This document shows, one piece after another, positions 48,595 to 63,435 of a stretch of 64,000 nt of DNA; the stretch's first letter is position 1, and the number at the start of each line of letters is the position of its first letter. Made by a program: the position numbers and the translations under genes. The notes beneath the pieces were generated by a model. It made no database searches, was not told where the DNA came from, and was given only the letters and a program-made list of their open reading frames with translations. Source of the DNA: Botryllus schlosseri (taxonomy: Eukaryota); the NCBI GenBank assembly GCA_051294905.1, contig CM119372.1, positions 18,786,001-18,850,000 of the forward strand. Reading direction: 5' to 3'.

Positions 48595-51500
48595 TTTATA
48601 CCGGTGTGGTGTAAGTCTGGGGCAGGTTATCGTTTCGTATCCCACGGGTGTATATTCCCACCTGCGAGTGATACAAAGAGTGTGAATAGGCGCTTCATTC
48701 GCTAATGGCGCAGAGCCGCAAGCTCGGTTTCGTCCCTAAAATTAGGATTACCTCACAGTTTCCTTTTACTTCATGCCAACGTATGAATCACGCATCATAG
48801 ACTAAACCCGCGATCCGGCATGTCATCTGTGGAAACCGCGGCAATTCTGATATAATAACAAAGCAACTTTGAAACTTCCACGACTTCGATCAGGTTACAC
48901 GCCTACACGGTGACTATTTGTTGTTGACTCAAATACTCTATCAATGGTATTATCATGAGCATATGAAACTGGAAGCCTTAGTTTATCCAACTTCTGTGTG
49001 CTTATAGGGTTACCGTATTTTGGAATCGGGAAAGGAGGACACTTTTTCAATATGATTTCACGAAAGTATCGGTGAATATAATTTAGGTGGCGGATTGCGT
49101 GGTTCCGTTCACACCGCATTGCTGCCCGTGCCCATATATGAAATATTTCATCACAGTATGGCCCATCATAACGTTTGAAACTGTTGTTTCGCAATCTAGC
49201 ATTCACTTATCATATCGTAATCTAACAGTCCGTGGCGTGTCCTAATCTGGAAAAGTGGACTCTGGAGAGGTGGTCAGTAACGAAGTACTTCTACTTTCTC
49301 GAAGTACTCAAGTAGTTTCCCGCTACTTGGGCACTTACTCAAGTAAATCTAATTTCTCGCTACTTCTACTTCGTCATATTTTGTGATAGTTACTTACCTT
49401 TTCGCTATTTTCAGTTTGTCAAGTAGAAGTAGTTTGATCCTTCAATCAGAAAAATAGCCTGATGAATTCCTGGGTTGATTTCGCGTATTATCAACATTAA
49501 ATTTTCATAAAAGTTGAGTAAATCCCAGAATTTTCGTTGCGCTCCTCGCACAGCAGATGGAGAAACCAATATGATTTCACGAAAGTATCGGCGAATATAA
49601 TTTAGGTAGCGGGTTGCGTGGTTCGGTTCACACCGCGATTATCGCCCATATGAAATATTTCATCACAGTAAATATATGGCATTTTTACGATCCGCCATAT
49701 TTTTTATCAACGTTTACTAATCGCGCACAGTGCGCAACACCGTATCCTATACAATTTCTCCGTATTGCTCTCCGATTAAATGACGGGAATTATATTGGGA
49801 AGGGCCTCATACCATGATATTTTCTAAAACGGAGTGTTCGAGTAAACACAATGATATAAATACTATACAGGATTGGTATCGCATTTCCATATCAATACTA
49901 TCATTTTCATCCCATGATGCACCAAACTCTGCACCTTTCGCATAGCTCAATTTGCAGCTTTTGACACTTACTTACTTGAGTACATTTGAAGTCAGTCAAG
50001 TCTACCTCAAGTAGTTTTAGGATTCTTTTAAAAGTACTACTTCTACTCGTACTTGAGTAGATTTTTTTCGTCGCTACTTCTATCTCCAAATCCATTTTTT
50101 TAAGTCACGGATGAAATACTGGGATTCAATGATATATATTATTTCCCCAGGACTCGCAGATCAATGATACGTATCAAACAGTGTTGCAACTTTTTGACCA
50201 GTTGGGTTTTTTGACTAGTTAATGTATTTTGATTTGAAGCACTGTTCTATAGTGTGTTCTATTCGAAATTCTGTAAATATGATGTTTTATACCCTGTCTC
50301 AAGTTCCAGAAGTCCAAATTCTGGAATTAACCCGGAGTTCATACCGGTATGATACCTGGTGGTTGTATTACTGTTGAGTGTTGAGTGTATTGTATAGTTA
50401 GCCGCCATAGCCGGTAGGACTTGTAGCACATCACTATGCAACTACGTATATAGCTATTATGGGATATACAGTTTTATATAATCCCCGCCCTATCTACCTG
50501 ATGTATAGCCACTATGAAAATGTTTTTGGGGCCACATAAGGACGTGATGTCATGAATGAAGCCTGAAGGCAATGAAGCCGGAGTCGGTATTTGCATTTTA
50601 CGGTGTTTCAAGTCTTTATGGTGTTTCTGTGTTGTTTCTTTTGAGTCTGAGACAATAGAAATATTCTTAAACCACTCACCGCCGAGTTATGTCATCCCAA
50701 CAAGCTATACATATCCAACACTCGACCCGAATGTGAAGAATATTGTATTCGTGAGATATTTTTATTGTAAGCAGAAGTTGAACTATGGGTAAATGAAATA
50801 TTTGACAAGCCAATACTGTCCAACGTCGAAATCTGCAGAACACGCCAATAGTATTTGTCATTCGCTATGTCTTTTAATAACATTATTAATATAGTTTTAA
50901 TGTATTCCCCTCATAGTTTAAGATTTACTCCGTAGTTTTGGTCTGAAGTGAAAAACTACTGGTATTTTTGTCAATCTGGTGTTATAGGCTTATGGTTGGC
51001 AAATCTAGTGTTTTGTAACGAATCTCGAGTGGCAACACTAGCTTCAAAGTAAAGTACGTAGCACGGCTTGCACGAAACGTCTCAGTTACGAGTTATGTAC
51101 CATACTTGCCCAAATTGAGCAGCCATATCCCTACTGACCCACCAAATCTAGAGTTTGCAAAGAAAGTAACTTCAAAAACTTAGCTCAAACTTGATGCTGA
51201 AGTTGTGTGATCTGTGCAGCCATACTTTGCTGTTTTAAATACCGCTCAATATCTCACCCTTACTCCCGGGATGTAGGCCCTGTGTGGAATTATTTAACTG
51301 GAAATGAATGCCTGTGATTTCATGTCCATTCATTACAGTATTGTGAGAAACATAATGTTAAACATATTTAACGAGATTTATTGAATTATACACATATAGT
51401 AAAGTGTGATTTTTAATCTAGTTTTTACCAATCCCCTTTTTTTTCTTATAGTTGATTCTTTACAAATCAAAACTTGTGTCAATCCACTTTCTCACAAACC

Positions 51501-51600
51501 TCAAGCAACAACACTTATTCAAGAATTAAGACCTTATTGGCAAGTAGCCAAGCACCAACCAGCATTATCTGCAGTCGCTAGCGCTCATATCAATGTGGAG

Positions 51601-54600
51601 ATGGCTGACAAACTTCAGGCTTTTTTAAAGGAGCATGATAAAAAAAAGCAAAGCAAGGGAAGTTTTTTAGCTTCTGGAACAAGTAGTGGAAACAGCTCTG
51701 CCGCTGAAGGGGACTCTGACACCTCAAAACTACTTTCATGGGTTCCGTCTGTTTCAATATCAATGCCTAAGGCATTCTCTGGATCAGAGAAGACCGAAAG
51801 TAATAATTCGTGGTATTCTGAAGCTAATAGCGATCCAATATGCCCTGCCTTGGTAAGCATCGTACATTTCAGAGTAGACTCGGTATCCTTTTCGCAATTA
51901 ATTGTGAACATGATTCTTCTGCTGATAATTTACAGGGATAGTTCAGTGTTGGGATCAAGTCACTACCTTCGAGTCACGAGTCATCTCGAGTCATTGTACA
52001 TTTTGACTCGAGTCAAGTCAAGTCAATCGATTTTAGAAGGTGACTCGAGTCAAGTCAAGTCACTCGTTTCTTGGAGGTGACTCGAGTCAAGTCAAGTCAA
52101 GTCACGAGTCAAGTCACAATTCAAGTCAAATTGAATTTTCAAAGTATGAGTGATGATTCAAATTCATTACATTTTGCTAGCTGTGTGAATGACAGATTGG
52201 TTGGTGATATCGCTTGAATCAAATAACGAGTAGCCTATCAAGTTAAATATACGTGCAAAAAGGCGTTGTATCACTCACGAACTCTTAGAGCTGCTAAAAT
52301 GGAGGATCTAATACGAAGCGCCGAGAAGTTGAAACAAATTGATATGGTACAATACACTACCCATCAACACATCCGTGAGATTATAAACGCATAAACTATA
52401 TTCGTTCGATTCAAATCATACTAGGGGGTTGGCTAAGCTGGGCACTACGCGATGTAAGCACTGAGCCATCTAACAAACAGAGATACATAGTTATTAGATT
52501 ATTCTACAGCTAGTACATAAACGTAAGCTGTGATCATTTCGTTTTCGGTCAATATATTTGTGATGCATAGGCGCTGAACTCAGGTATGCTAGGTATGCCG
52601 CGCATACCTAGGAATTTTTTTGGGTATGCGGCATACCCAGAATTCGGTTTGGTCTGTTACTGACTGACTGGTGAATTGATCGATTTAGAAATAAGCGTTT
52701 CGTAGTGCTGCTGAACACGTAAGTAAACCGGCAGCAATACGTTCAGGCGCTTAACAAAACTCCGTCCTTCAGTTACAATTCAGTTGTCCGTATTTTATCA
52801 GTGTTGCGTGCGGCCACGGCCAATTAGCCGGAAGCGCGTTTCCAATTTGCGAGAATCGTTTGTGCACAATGTAACGCAACGCGATCTCGACGCTGAGATG
52901 ATTGCGAAATTAGGTCATTGATTACCGCGCGCAATCGTCGCAGGCCTGATTTATCGCGTCTCCGTCAGGTCTAGTTCCGCTGGCTTGATGAATCGCATCT
53001 GCAATAGGCCCGGTGCGCACTATACCATCACTGGCCTGCGCACGATAACATCGTTGGCCTACACAATTGCGTCTGCGTGGTTCGAAGTATATCATTGCCG
53101 GCCTAACTATCGCGTCTCCGGCCTAGCATGCTTTGGCTCCTGTCTATCGGTTGTGATTAAAGATTGATATCACAAAACTTACTGACATCGAATGTCCGCA
53201 AAAATGTGTGACTTGTGCGTACATGCGTACTTAATTTCCGCTAATACTTAAACATAACCAATAACCATCAGAAGATGCGAGTCAAGGCTTGAGTTTTGAG
53301 AAAGGTTTGAACCACCTGAAATCGATGCGGATTCCATTATAGAACACACTCCATAACAACTCGGCTATGCGCCTGAATATTTGATCAAACGCGAGTGGTC
53401 AGAAGACGCAACGCGAGGCAACAAGACCGAGAACTCGACACTAAAGATGTCAATTTCTATATGCGCGAAATGTTGCGATTGTCATCTCCTGCTGTGAAGA
53501 AACATCATATCTTATGCGCCGGCCGGAACTATCACTTCTTCTGTGATTGTGATGTCAGACTGGCTCAGACATTGAACAATGAACAATGAACATGGACGGA
53601 ATTGATTGAAATACATGCCGACCGTGAACAGACAGCGGCGTAATTGATTTTGACTAACGCTAATACTAAAACAGAACGATCAGAAAATGTCTTGCAGGCT
53701 CTTGATATTGAAACTTCTAACTCCTATGAAATCAAAGTCACTAATGAATAGAGTCCAGAACAGACTTTCTATTTGGGAAAATAATTCCTGCAACCTTATT
53801 AGCCGTCGCCGAAGATGCGTATTCGTTTGTTCTCGAGGCGGAGTGATTGAAATCTCCCGATTGCCGGCGCGTGTGTTGACGAATATGTTGGAGATTGCGA
53901 GCTCGCTAATTGACTACACAGTCGCACGCACGCGTTGGTAATCTTATGGTAGCGTGATGTGTCGAGTACACAAGGATGCTGATCCGATCGATGTATTATC
54001 GGCATTGGTGCATGTTCTTAACCATACTAAACTAATGCTACCTTGGTAAATTTGAAATGGATTCAATCAATTCAGCAAGCGGCCGGCTGGCTACGCGGCC
54101 TGCTTAATCATATCGTAATTTTGTCACCATATACAAGTGCCAGGTGATATTGAACGCTTGCGAGTCGGCTAATTTGCCAATTCTGGCGCACTATGACGTC
54201 ATCCCTTTGTGACGTCATCGATCTCGCATACCTAGGGAAAATTAGAGTTCAGCGCCTATGTTGTGATGTAACAATCGAGGAACAGTGAAAAGTACAATCT
54301 GTGAATGACTGCTTGCTCTCACAAGTCACACCGGCGTATCGCGAACAATCCGAACATCAAAGAGATGCAGCGATTTAATTGACACCGTTTACTAGATGAC
54401 TTGAAATTGACTCGTAAATTTTGCTCCGAGTCACGAGTCAATCCTCATTTCTGAAGAAACGAGTCAAGTCAATTCATTTTTGCAAAGTGACTCGAGTCAA
54501 GTCAAGTCATGCGAAAAAGTTGACTCGAGTCTGACTCGAGTCAAGTCATGACTCGAGTCATCCCAACACTGGGATAGTTACTTAGTTAGTAATAAAGTAC

Positions 54601-57600
54601 ACCTCTACTTTATCAGAGTATTCAAGTGGATTATGCCGACTTTGAATACTTACTCAAGTGGTTTTGTTGTCAGACTACTTCCGCTTCTACCTATCAGCTT
54701 TTAACACAATGCCAGTTACTTTTTTCGCCTCTGACTTTTGTGAAGTAGAAGTTGTTTTGGGATTTGTTTGTATTGCTTTGACGGGCAAATGGCCTGTAAC
54801 CAGTGCCAAAGTGTTATCTTGACCATTCTTTAGGTTACATACTGTGAATGTTCCCGCTTAGTTTTCATCTGCTTTGACACATTGCGAACGTGTTATATTT
54901 TTAAAGTTTAAAGTTTCATATTACAACCAGCCTCCTTCCAGGCTGTAGCTGTCTTGATGATCTTCCGATCCCTTCGCTACAGCCTGGTTCTGAATTGAAT
55001 TATATATACTTTGCTTTGTATTCATGTATCTACGTATTTTCAATGTTCATGGAACGGAATAAATTCTCTCTCTCTCAAGGTAGCAGAATATGTATTTTCG
55101 AAAATCCCTGAATTAGTGGAGTTGTCATCAGTCGTCTGGATGTGTGCAATTTTGATAGAAACACATTTACGATGTACCAACTGCTAAATTTATGCGACAA
55201 CTTGACCAAATGTCTCCTGCAAAACTACTTGAGTACTATTCAGTCTTTTGTTTTCTACTACTTCAAGTAGTTTTGGAATATCTTGGAAATTGTTACTTCT
55301 ACTTCCTCTGTGTGCTCAACTTGTTGGCTGCTTGAACATTTCAGTATTTTTCTGATCAACTCATCCAAAATATTTTTCTCTTCAGACTCGCAAGCAAAGA
55401 TTGATTGGATTTGCAGTTTGCGTTTTCACTGGAATATTATGTTTCTCTCTTGCGGCAATGTATGCCCCTCTTCTAGTATTAAAGGCGCGCAAATTCTCGC
55501 TCTTGTACAGCTTAGGGAGCTTATTTATGATAAATAGGTGAGTAGACTGATGTTGCATTCATTGTTGTGTATCAGACTGCATTGATGCGATGTTTTTTTT
55601 TTCAGCTTTTCGTTTTTGTGGGGTCCTTGGAATCATATGAAACACCTTTTCACAAAGGAAAGGATTCCTTTTACAGTAGCATATTTTGGGTCGCTGTTTG
55701 CGACATTGTATTTTGCGATGTGGTTGAGAAGCACCGTCCTTACTATTGTTGCAGCAGTTATTCAGATTATCGCTCTAACCTGGTGAGTGTACCAATTTTA
55801 GATCCGTTAATATTTTTGTAGATTTCCAGCTAAATTCCTGCCTAAAATTGTTAAAGCAGATCTGATTTCAATCATTATTTCTATATTTCGTTTTAATAAC
55901 TACAAATTATCCGTGGCCATAGGTATCGCATCTGGTGGTAGTAGCCAATAATGACCATTCGTTGCACGATGAGAATTGAAGGGGCACTGCGCTCTAAAAA
56001 TGATGTGGTCTCAAATTGAAGATAAAAACGAACAAAAATTTTTGGCCTCAGCCATTTCCTTCAGAACGCCACCGTAATGGAGCTGCAATTTATTGAAATT
56101 TCTACAAGACCAGCTGCAGCGGCTGCTTAACCCGTTACATGACACAATGTCTTCATTGTCGCACTTGCTCGACGCGATAAGGCAGTCACGCAGAGAACGA
56201 AAGTTATACCCATTTCCTTCATAACATCGGCTGACAACTATCTAAAATTCGTTCTCTGCGTGACTGCCTAATCGCGTCGAGCAAGTGCGACGGTGAAAAT
56301 ATCGTGCCATGTAACGGGTTAAGTAGCCGCGGCAGCTGGTCTTGTAGAAATTTCAATAACTTGCAGCTCTATTACGGTGGCGTTCTGAAGGAAATGGCAA
56401 CAGCCAAAAATCTTTGTTCGTTTTTATCTTCAATTTGAGACCACATCATTTTTAGAGCGCAGTGCCCCTTTAATCACCTTAGGCTGCACAGTGCACACCC
56501 TATTCAATTTTTAGCCCTTGCAAAACTTCATCTTTACCATTCGGACGTGAATAATTGAATTATGTATAGAACGCTTTAACAGAAACAATGGTGTGTGAAA
56601 TGGTCAGTTATAGATTTTTCAGTAGAATTCGCTGGAATATTGTGACAACGTAAGTAAAACAGTCGATTTCGTTCTCTTTCTGTTAGAGCAATGGTTCTCT
56701 ACCGGGGGTCCGCGAAGCAATTTCCTGGGGTCCGCGAGACCTACAAATTTGCAAAATGATTTATAGCCTGATTTTTTTTCAATTAGGTAATAACCACACG
56801 ATGAATTTTATTCTGAATAGTATATTCAGAAATATTCGGGTTCATTTCAATATGAATATACTATTCAATTGTATATTGGAGTTCTGTACCTCCAAGAAGC
56901 TCTTTAAATTCGCTTCATATCTGGTAAAACTTTGCAACTCACATTACACAAATGGCCGTCGGAAATGAATTATCGTACTGTGGAAACCCATTTTAATTGA
57001 TAAATTGACAGCAACCTAATGATACAAACAAATATTGCTATTGTAGGGTGTTTTGTCGGGGTTTGTGGATAAATGAAAAGTTAGAGTAGTAAGGTCAATC
57101 AGGGTGATTTCGAAAGATTACAAGTTGTTAGTCTCCGCACATTCATATCAAATTAAAAGCGAGGATTTTCAAGACACAATCACTTATTTCAATAAGTTCA
57201 CCTAAAAATCGATGCAATTTCTACATAATGTATGATAGTATTTATAAGATAAGTCATTGTATTGCTATTTATCACTATCCTAGAATTAAATTTTGCACAA
57301 GTCATATCACGGTTGCACGATAATTGAGCTAAATTTGAACGAAAACTTGAGGGGGTCCGCAACGGTCCCTGACGGCCAAAAGGGGTTTGCGAAGACAAAA
57401 TGGTTGAGAACCACTGTGTTAGAGTGTGTCTTCTCTGAATGATCCATTGTTAAGATTAGTAATATGATAACAAAGCTATTGTTGTTGTAAGCTTTCTATA
57501 ATTTGGATCACCGTACCTCATCCCAAGAGGCAATCCATAATTTTATCAATAATGGCATTAGACTAGGGAATCGGTTTATGGACCTCACCATAATTAGGAT

Positions 57601-58370
57601 AATTTCATTGAGTAAATAGTAGAGGAGATCTTGGTATACCTTATTTTGGTACTTCGTTCAACGCCCACTTTCCGTTGAATAATTTTAATGAATTGAGTGA
57701 CCAGTAAATGGTCCAAGATCTGATAATTGGGATTACAAGGATAGGATAGTATCAAATTTAAAATGTTTAAAGCTTACATTGTAATATAAAGTAACCGTGG
57801 AAGTGGACGAAAGTAGATTTAGTCCAGGGTTCACATACTTATAGCAGGTAAATGGAGGTGCCAAATTGGGAATTGCAGGGTGCTCCTTTGCGACTGACGC
57901 ACAATGACAAATTACACTGCAAATCACTGCAGTTACCGCCTGCTATACAGAGGCTATTATTCCTGCCCAGCCGTTATGACAAATTCTTTCAAAGTGTTAT
58001 AATCATACTCCAAAACTACTTTCTACTTGACAAAATTTAATTGCAAAAAGGAACTTACTTACTCAAGTTAAGTCCTGTAAGTAGGAAAAATACTTAACTA
58101 CTCTGGAAAAGTTGAAGTACTTCATTACTGACCATCTCTCCTTGAGCCACAGTGTTATTTAAGAATTATGACTGTCTCACTTTCACAAATATTGAAGTTC
58201 GATTTTTGTAGGTTAAGGGCTTGGTTGCTCGCAGATTGTATCACGAACAATGAATTTTTTTCAGGTACATCATCAGTTACATTCCTGGCGGTCAAACAGG
58301 ACTCCGCTTCATTACAAAGATGTTCACTTCATTGGTATCAAGGACTTGCAGCAAAGGTGTTACTATCTGA
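51601..58370 (+). CDS. SFT2D3: Vesicle transport protein SFT2 family (SFT2D3/Sft2-like, long N-terminus); exons 51601-51852, 55386-55537, 55606-55782, 58265-58370
   Basis: Spliced product MADKLQAFL...SWYSEANSDPICPAL/TRKQRLIGFAVCVFTGILCFSLAAMYAPLLVLKARKFSLLYSLGSLFMINS/FSFLWGPWNHMKHLFTKERIPFTVAYFGSLFATLYFAM...IQIIALTW/YIISYIPGGQTGLRFITKMF...*. Phases are compatible; the paralogue name is an inference. Confidence 0.88.
51944..54571. mobile_element. Non-autonomous hAT element with gactcgagtcaagtcaagtc subterminal arrays, in SFT2 intron 1; contains a nested element
   Basis: TIRs cagtgttgggat / atcccaacactg; perfect 8-bp TSD ggatagtt (51936-51943, 54572-54579). Confidence 0.9.
52566..54260. mobile_element. 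Nested non-autonomous hAT element
   Basis: TIRs cataggcgctgaactc / gagttcagcgcctatg; perfect 8-bp TSD ttgtgatg (52558-52565, 54261-54268). Confidence 0.9.
54790..55076 (+). mobile_element. LINE-type 3' terminal fragment with stem-loop and (TC)n tail
   Basis: 12-bp stem ccaggctgtagc / gctacagcctgg (54938-54987), AATAAA at 55058, (tc)n at 55065-55076; 5' boundary uncertain. Confidence 0.5.
55981..56468. mobile_element. Foldback element with about 220-bp inverted arms, probable TTAA target
   Basis: 55981-56201 is the reverse complement of 56248-56468; flanks are ttgaa|ggggcactg and cagtgcccc|tttaa. Confidence 0.82.
56689..57416. mobile_element. Non-autonomous hAT element
   Basis: TIRs caatggttctc / gagaaccactg; perfect 8-bp TSD tgttagag (56681-56688, 57417-57424); ggggtccgc subterminal repeats. 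A 38-bp internal piece recurs near 22420. Confidence 0.88.
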
Positions 58371-59322
58371 ACAATGCATCAAGGTTGAAAAATCAACTAA
58401 TCAGCCCTACCAGCGATGTATAAACTCGACTATTTTCGAGCCAAACGGTGGCGATTTCCATGGATCACCTTTTTCATGGGCGGTGATCATTGGCAAAGCA
58501 GACGGACTGAATACTACAAAAGTGCAAATGGATTTGTTTTTGACTTGATGGTTTTCTATCGTCTGGAAATTCATGTTCCATCTATAAATGTATGATTTAT
58601 AGATGTACATTGTACATCAACTATAGATATATATATTGCTACTTGATCAGAGGAACTGGTTTAAAAAGATTATGGCGTTAGGAGGGTCGCTTCGTCAGAA
58701 AGTTCAGTATGTCCGATTTCCACACCAGTATCGTCATTGATAGCAATGCAGATAGACTTGACAAGTCCTCATCAATCCACAACGTGAATCGGTGATGATG
58801 TGAAATCGCGTTTTTGAGTTGTAGAGTATCCTCTTTCGTAATATTTTCGGTCGATTCTTAGATAGACACAATTCGACAACAGAAGATAATTATGAGTTGG
58901 CTAATTCAAGATCGTGACTATCCCAATCACCGTGTTATCGAGATTGCAAATGGGGATGGCGGCTGTCAGTAATTTTATTATAATTTTTATCAGGACGGAA
59001 CATCACAGGATTGCGATATAATGACAAGACAGGAGGGTGCAAAAACGACTTGGACTATAGTTTCATGGGCTGGTGGTTGGAAGCGGAATGTCACGAGATT
59101 TAATCAGCGTATTGGCATATTAATTTAATTTCCGTTATTTGATATCATAGGTTATCGTCAGAAACGCAGATAAGATATTTATTCGATTGGTTCAATAGCA
59201 AAAGCTTTTCAGTAAAATGAAGGAACCCCCAGCTCCGTACTAGTCCAGAAATCTCAAATGAGCCATATGTAAGCGCCTTTCGTCACGCTTCGAGAGCTCT
59301 CGCTGACAACTCGGAGGTATCG

Positions 59323-59329
59323 TTCTTTT
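59323..59329 (+). promoter_or_regulatory. Polypyrimidine TCT/5'TOP-type initiator of RPL23
   Basis: TTCTTTT ends 11 nt upstream of the RPL23 ATG, matching the YYC(+1)TTTYY initiator typical of ribosomal protein genes; start site not verified. Confidence 0.55.
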
Positions 59330-59340
59330 AGCCCGTCAAG

Positions 59341-62294
<2,954 letters not shown>

Positions 62295-62571
62295 TTTCCA
62301 GTTCATTCACTACAAATAAATTGCTAAAATTCATGTCTTTGTAGTGTTTGCGTTGTATGTAAGTCACTTTTTGAGCTCGATTGGTAAGTGTAGATGCACT
62401 ATATGCTACTAGCTTGAGGAATACAGGATCAGCTATATGCAAGTTCATCCAGAAGTCATTTTTTGACAGTCGAAAGTGTATATAACTAAAGGAATGGTTC
62501 GTATCCACACTTGAAGATAATTAAGGGTTAATTGTCTGTGATCAGGTCAAGTGAAAGGTAAGGCACCTTAA

Positions 62572-62602
62572 TTGATGATGTTCACAATTTGTGGGGCTGA
62601 TG
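62572..62602 (+). pseudogene. Degenerate SNORD2-like copy 2 (C box and mutated guide only)
   Basis: ttgATGATGTtcacaatttgtggggCTGA: several guide substitutions, and the C'/D half and terminal stem are missing. Confidence 0.6.
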
Positions 62603-62685
62603 CCTCGTTCAAAAAAATACCGGTCAATTATTCAAGACTGCGAGCTTGGATCTCAAGATTTAAATATGTATGTACTTTGTAACAG

Positions 62686-62740
62686 GTTTGGTATTCACTG
62701 GACCAGTCTCCATCTCCAAGCAGTGTTTACTGCATCACAC
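62686..62740 (+). pseudogene. Decayed copy of RPL23 exon 5 (unit 2)
   Basis: aacag|gtttggtattcactggaccagtctcc versus atag|gttcggcgatcactggaccagtctcc. Confidence 0.75.
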
Positions 62741-62866
62741 CAGCTTAACACTGAAGCATATTAAAGGATGAATATAATGCTACGAAAATATTACAGGAGT
62801 TGTAAGCAATCGGGACAAAATGTGAGGCGGCTTTAACAATTTTGAATGCTGGTCTCTTATGAATTT

Positions 62867-62929
62867 TCTGCAATGATGTTCACATCTTTCGGGACTGATA
62901 TCTTATGCTGACCAATTTTCCTGAGCAGA
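62867..62929 (+). ncRNA. SNORD2: SNORD2-like C/D snoRNA copy 3
   Basis: tctgc-a-ATGATGT-tcacatctttcggga-CTGA-tatctt-ATGCTGA-ccaattttc-CTGA-gcaga; guide identical to copy 1. Confidence 0.85.
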
Positions 62930-62994
62930 GCCTGTAGATTGCCGGAGACTGCAAATTTGGTTTTCAGATTAGCAGATGTACATATATTTGACAG

Positions 62995-63030
62995 GTTTGG
63001 GCCAGTCTCCCAAGATCGCCCATTCTGCAT
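62995..63030 (+). pseudogene. Internally deleted copy of RPL23 exon 5 (unit 3)
   Basis: gacag|gtttgggccagtctcccaagatcgcc retains the start and the ccaagaatcgcc part of exon 5. Confidence 0.6.
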
Positions 63031-63212
63031 TGCGCTGTATCGTGTATATACGCGCGATGTGATGCAGGGCTGAGAAGCATTGGGTCGTTGTTTGTCTGAA
63101 CGTCCAAACAGTAGCAAAGCAGGAATCGACAACACGGGAAGTATTGTGGACGAACTGGCCGAAAAACAGGTAAGGTACCGCTACGTGCTAATGTTGGTCT
63201 CTGTTTCAGTTT

Positions 63213-63277
63213 TCTGTGATGATGTTCACATCTTTCGGGACTGATAGTCGAATGCTGACTGAATTTATCCTGAGCAG
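63213..63277 (+). ncRNA. SNORD2: SNORD2-like C/D snoRNA copy 4
   Basis: tctgt-g-ATGATGT-tcacatctttcggga-CTGA-tagtcga-ATGCTGA-ctgaatttatc-CTGA-gcag; guide identical to copy 1. Confidence 0.85.
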
Positions 63278-63348
63278 GACTTTCATATGACTCGAGAATT
63301 AAGGCTTGGTTTGCAGATTACATATAGCCTATTGTCATTTTTTTATAG

Positions 63349-63435
63349 AATCATCAATCACGGGACCAGTCAAACAAACGCAGTGTGCGGACCCATGACC
63401 AAGAATCGACTAACTTTGCTACACAAATATTTCAA
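63349..63435 (+). pseudogene. Decayed copy of RPL23 exon 5 (unit 4)
   Basis: atag|aatcatcaatcacgggaccagtc...gtgtgcggacccatgaccaagaatcg translates ESSITGPVKQTQCADP* (TGG to TGA); the downstream caaatattt replaces caaataaat, so the poly(A) hexamer is lost. Confidence 0.75.

Noticed and set aside
51406-52080. 224-aa ORF as a single protein
   Set aside because: Only 51601-51852 is SFT2 exon; the rest reads through UTR, intron and hAT subterminal repeats.
51960-52130. gactcgagtcaagtcaagtc arrays as CRISPR-like or satellite repeats
   Set aside because: No unique spacers; they are mirrored at 54400-54560 as subterminal repeats of a TIR/TSD-bounded hAT element in a eukaryotic intron.
62686-63400. 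Functional alternative C-termini for RPL23 from the duplicated exons
   Set aside because: Splicing exon 4 to them gives GLVFTGPVSISKQC...*, a frameshifted peptide, or ESSITGPVKQTQCADP*; all lose the conserved LWPRIA terminus.
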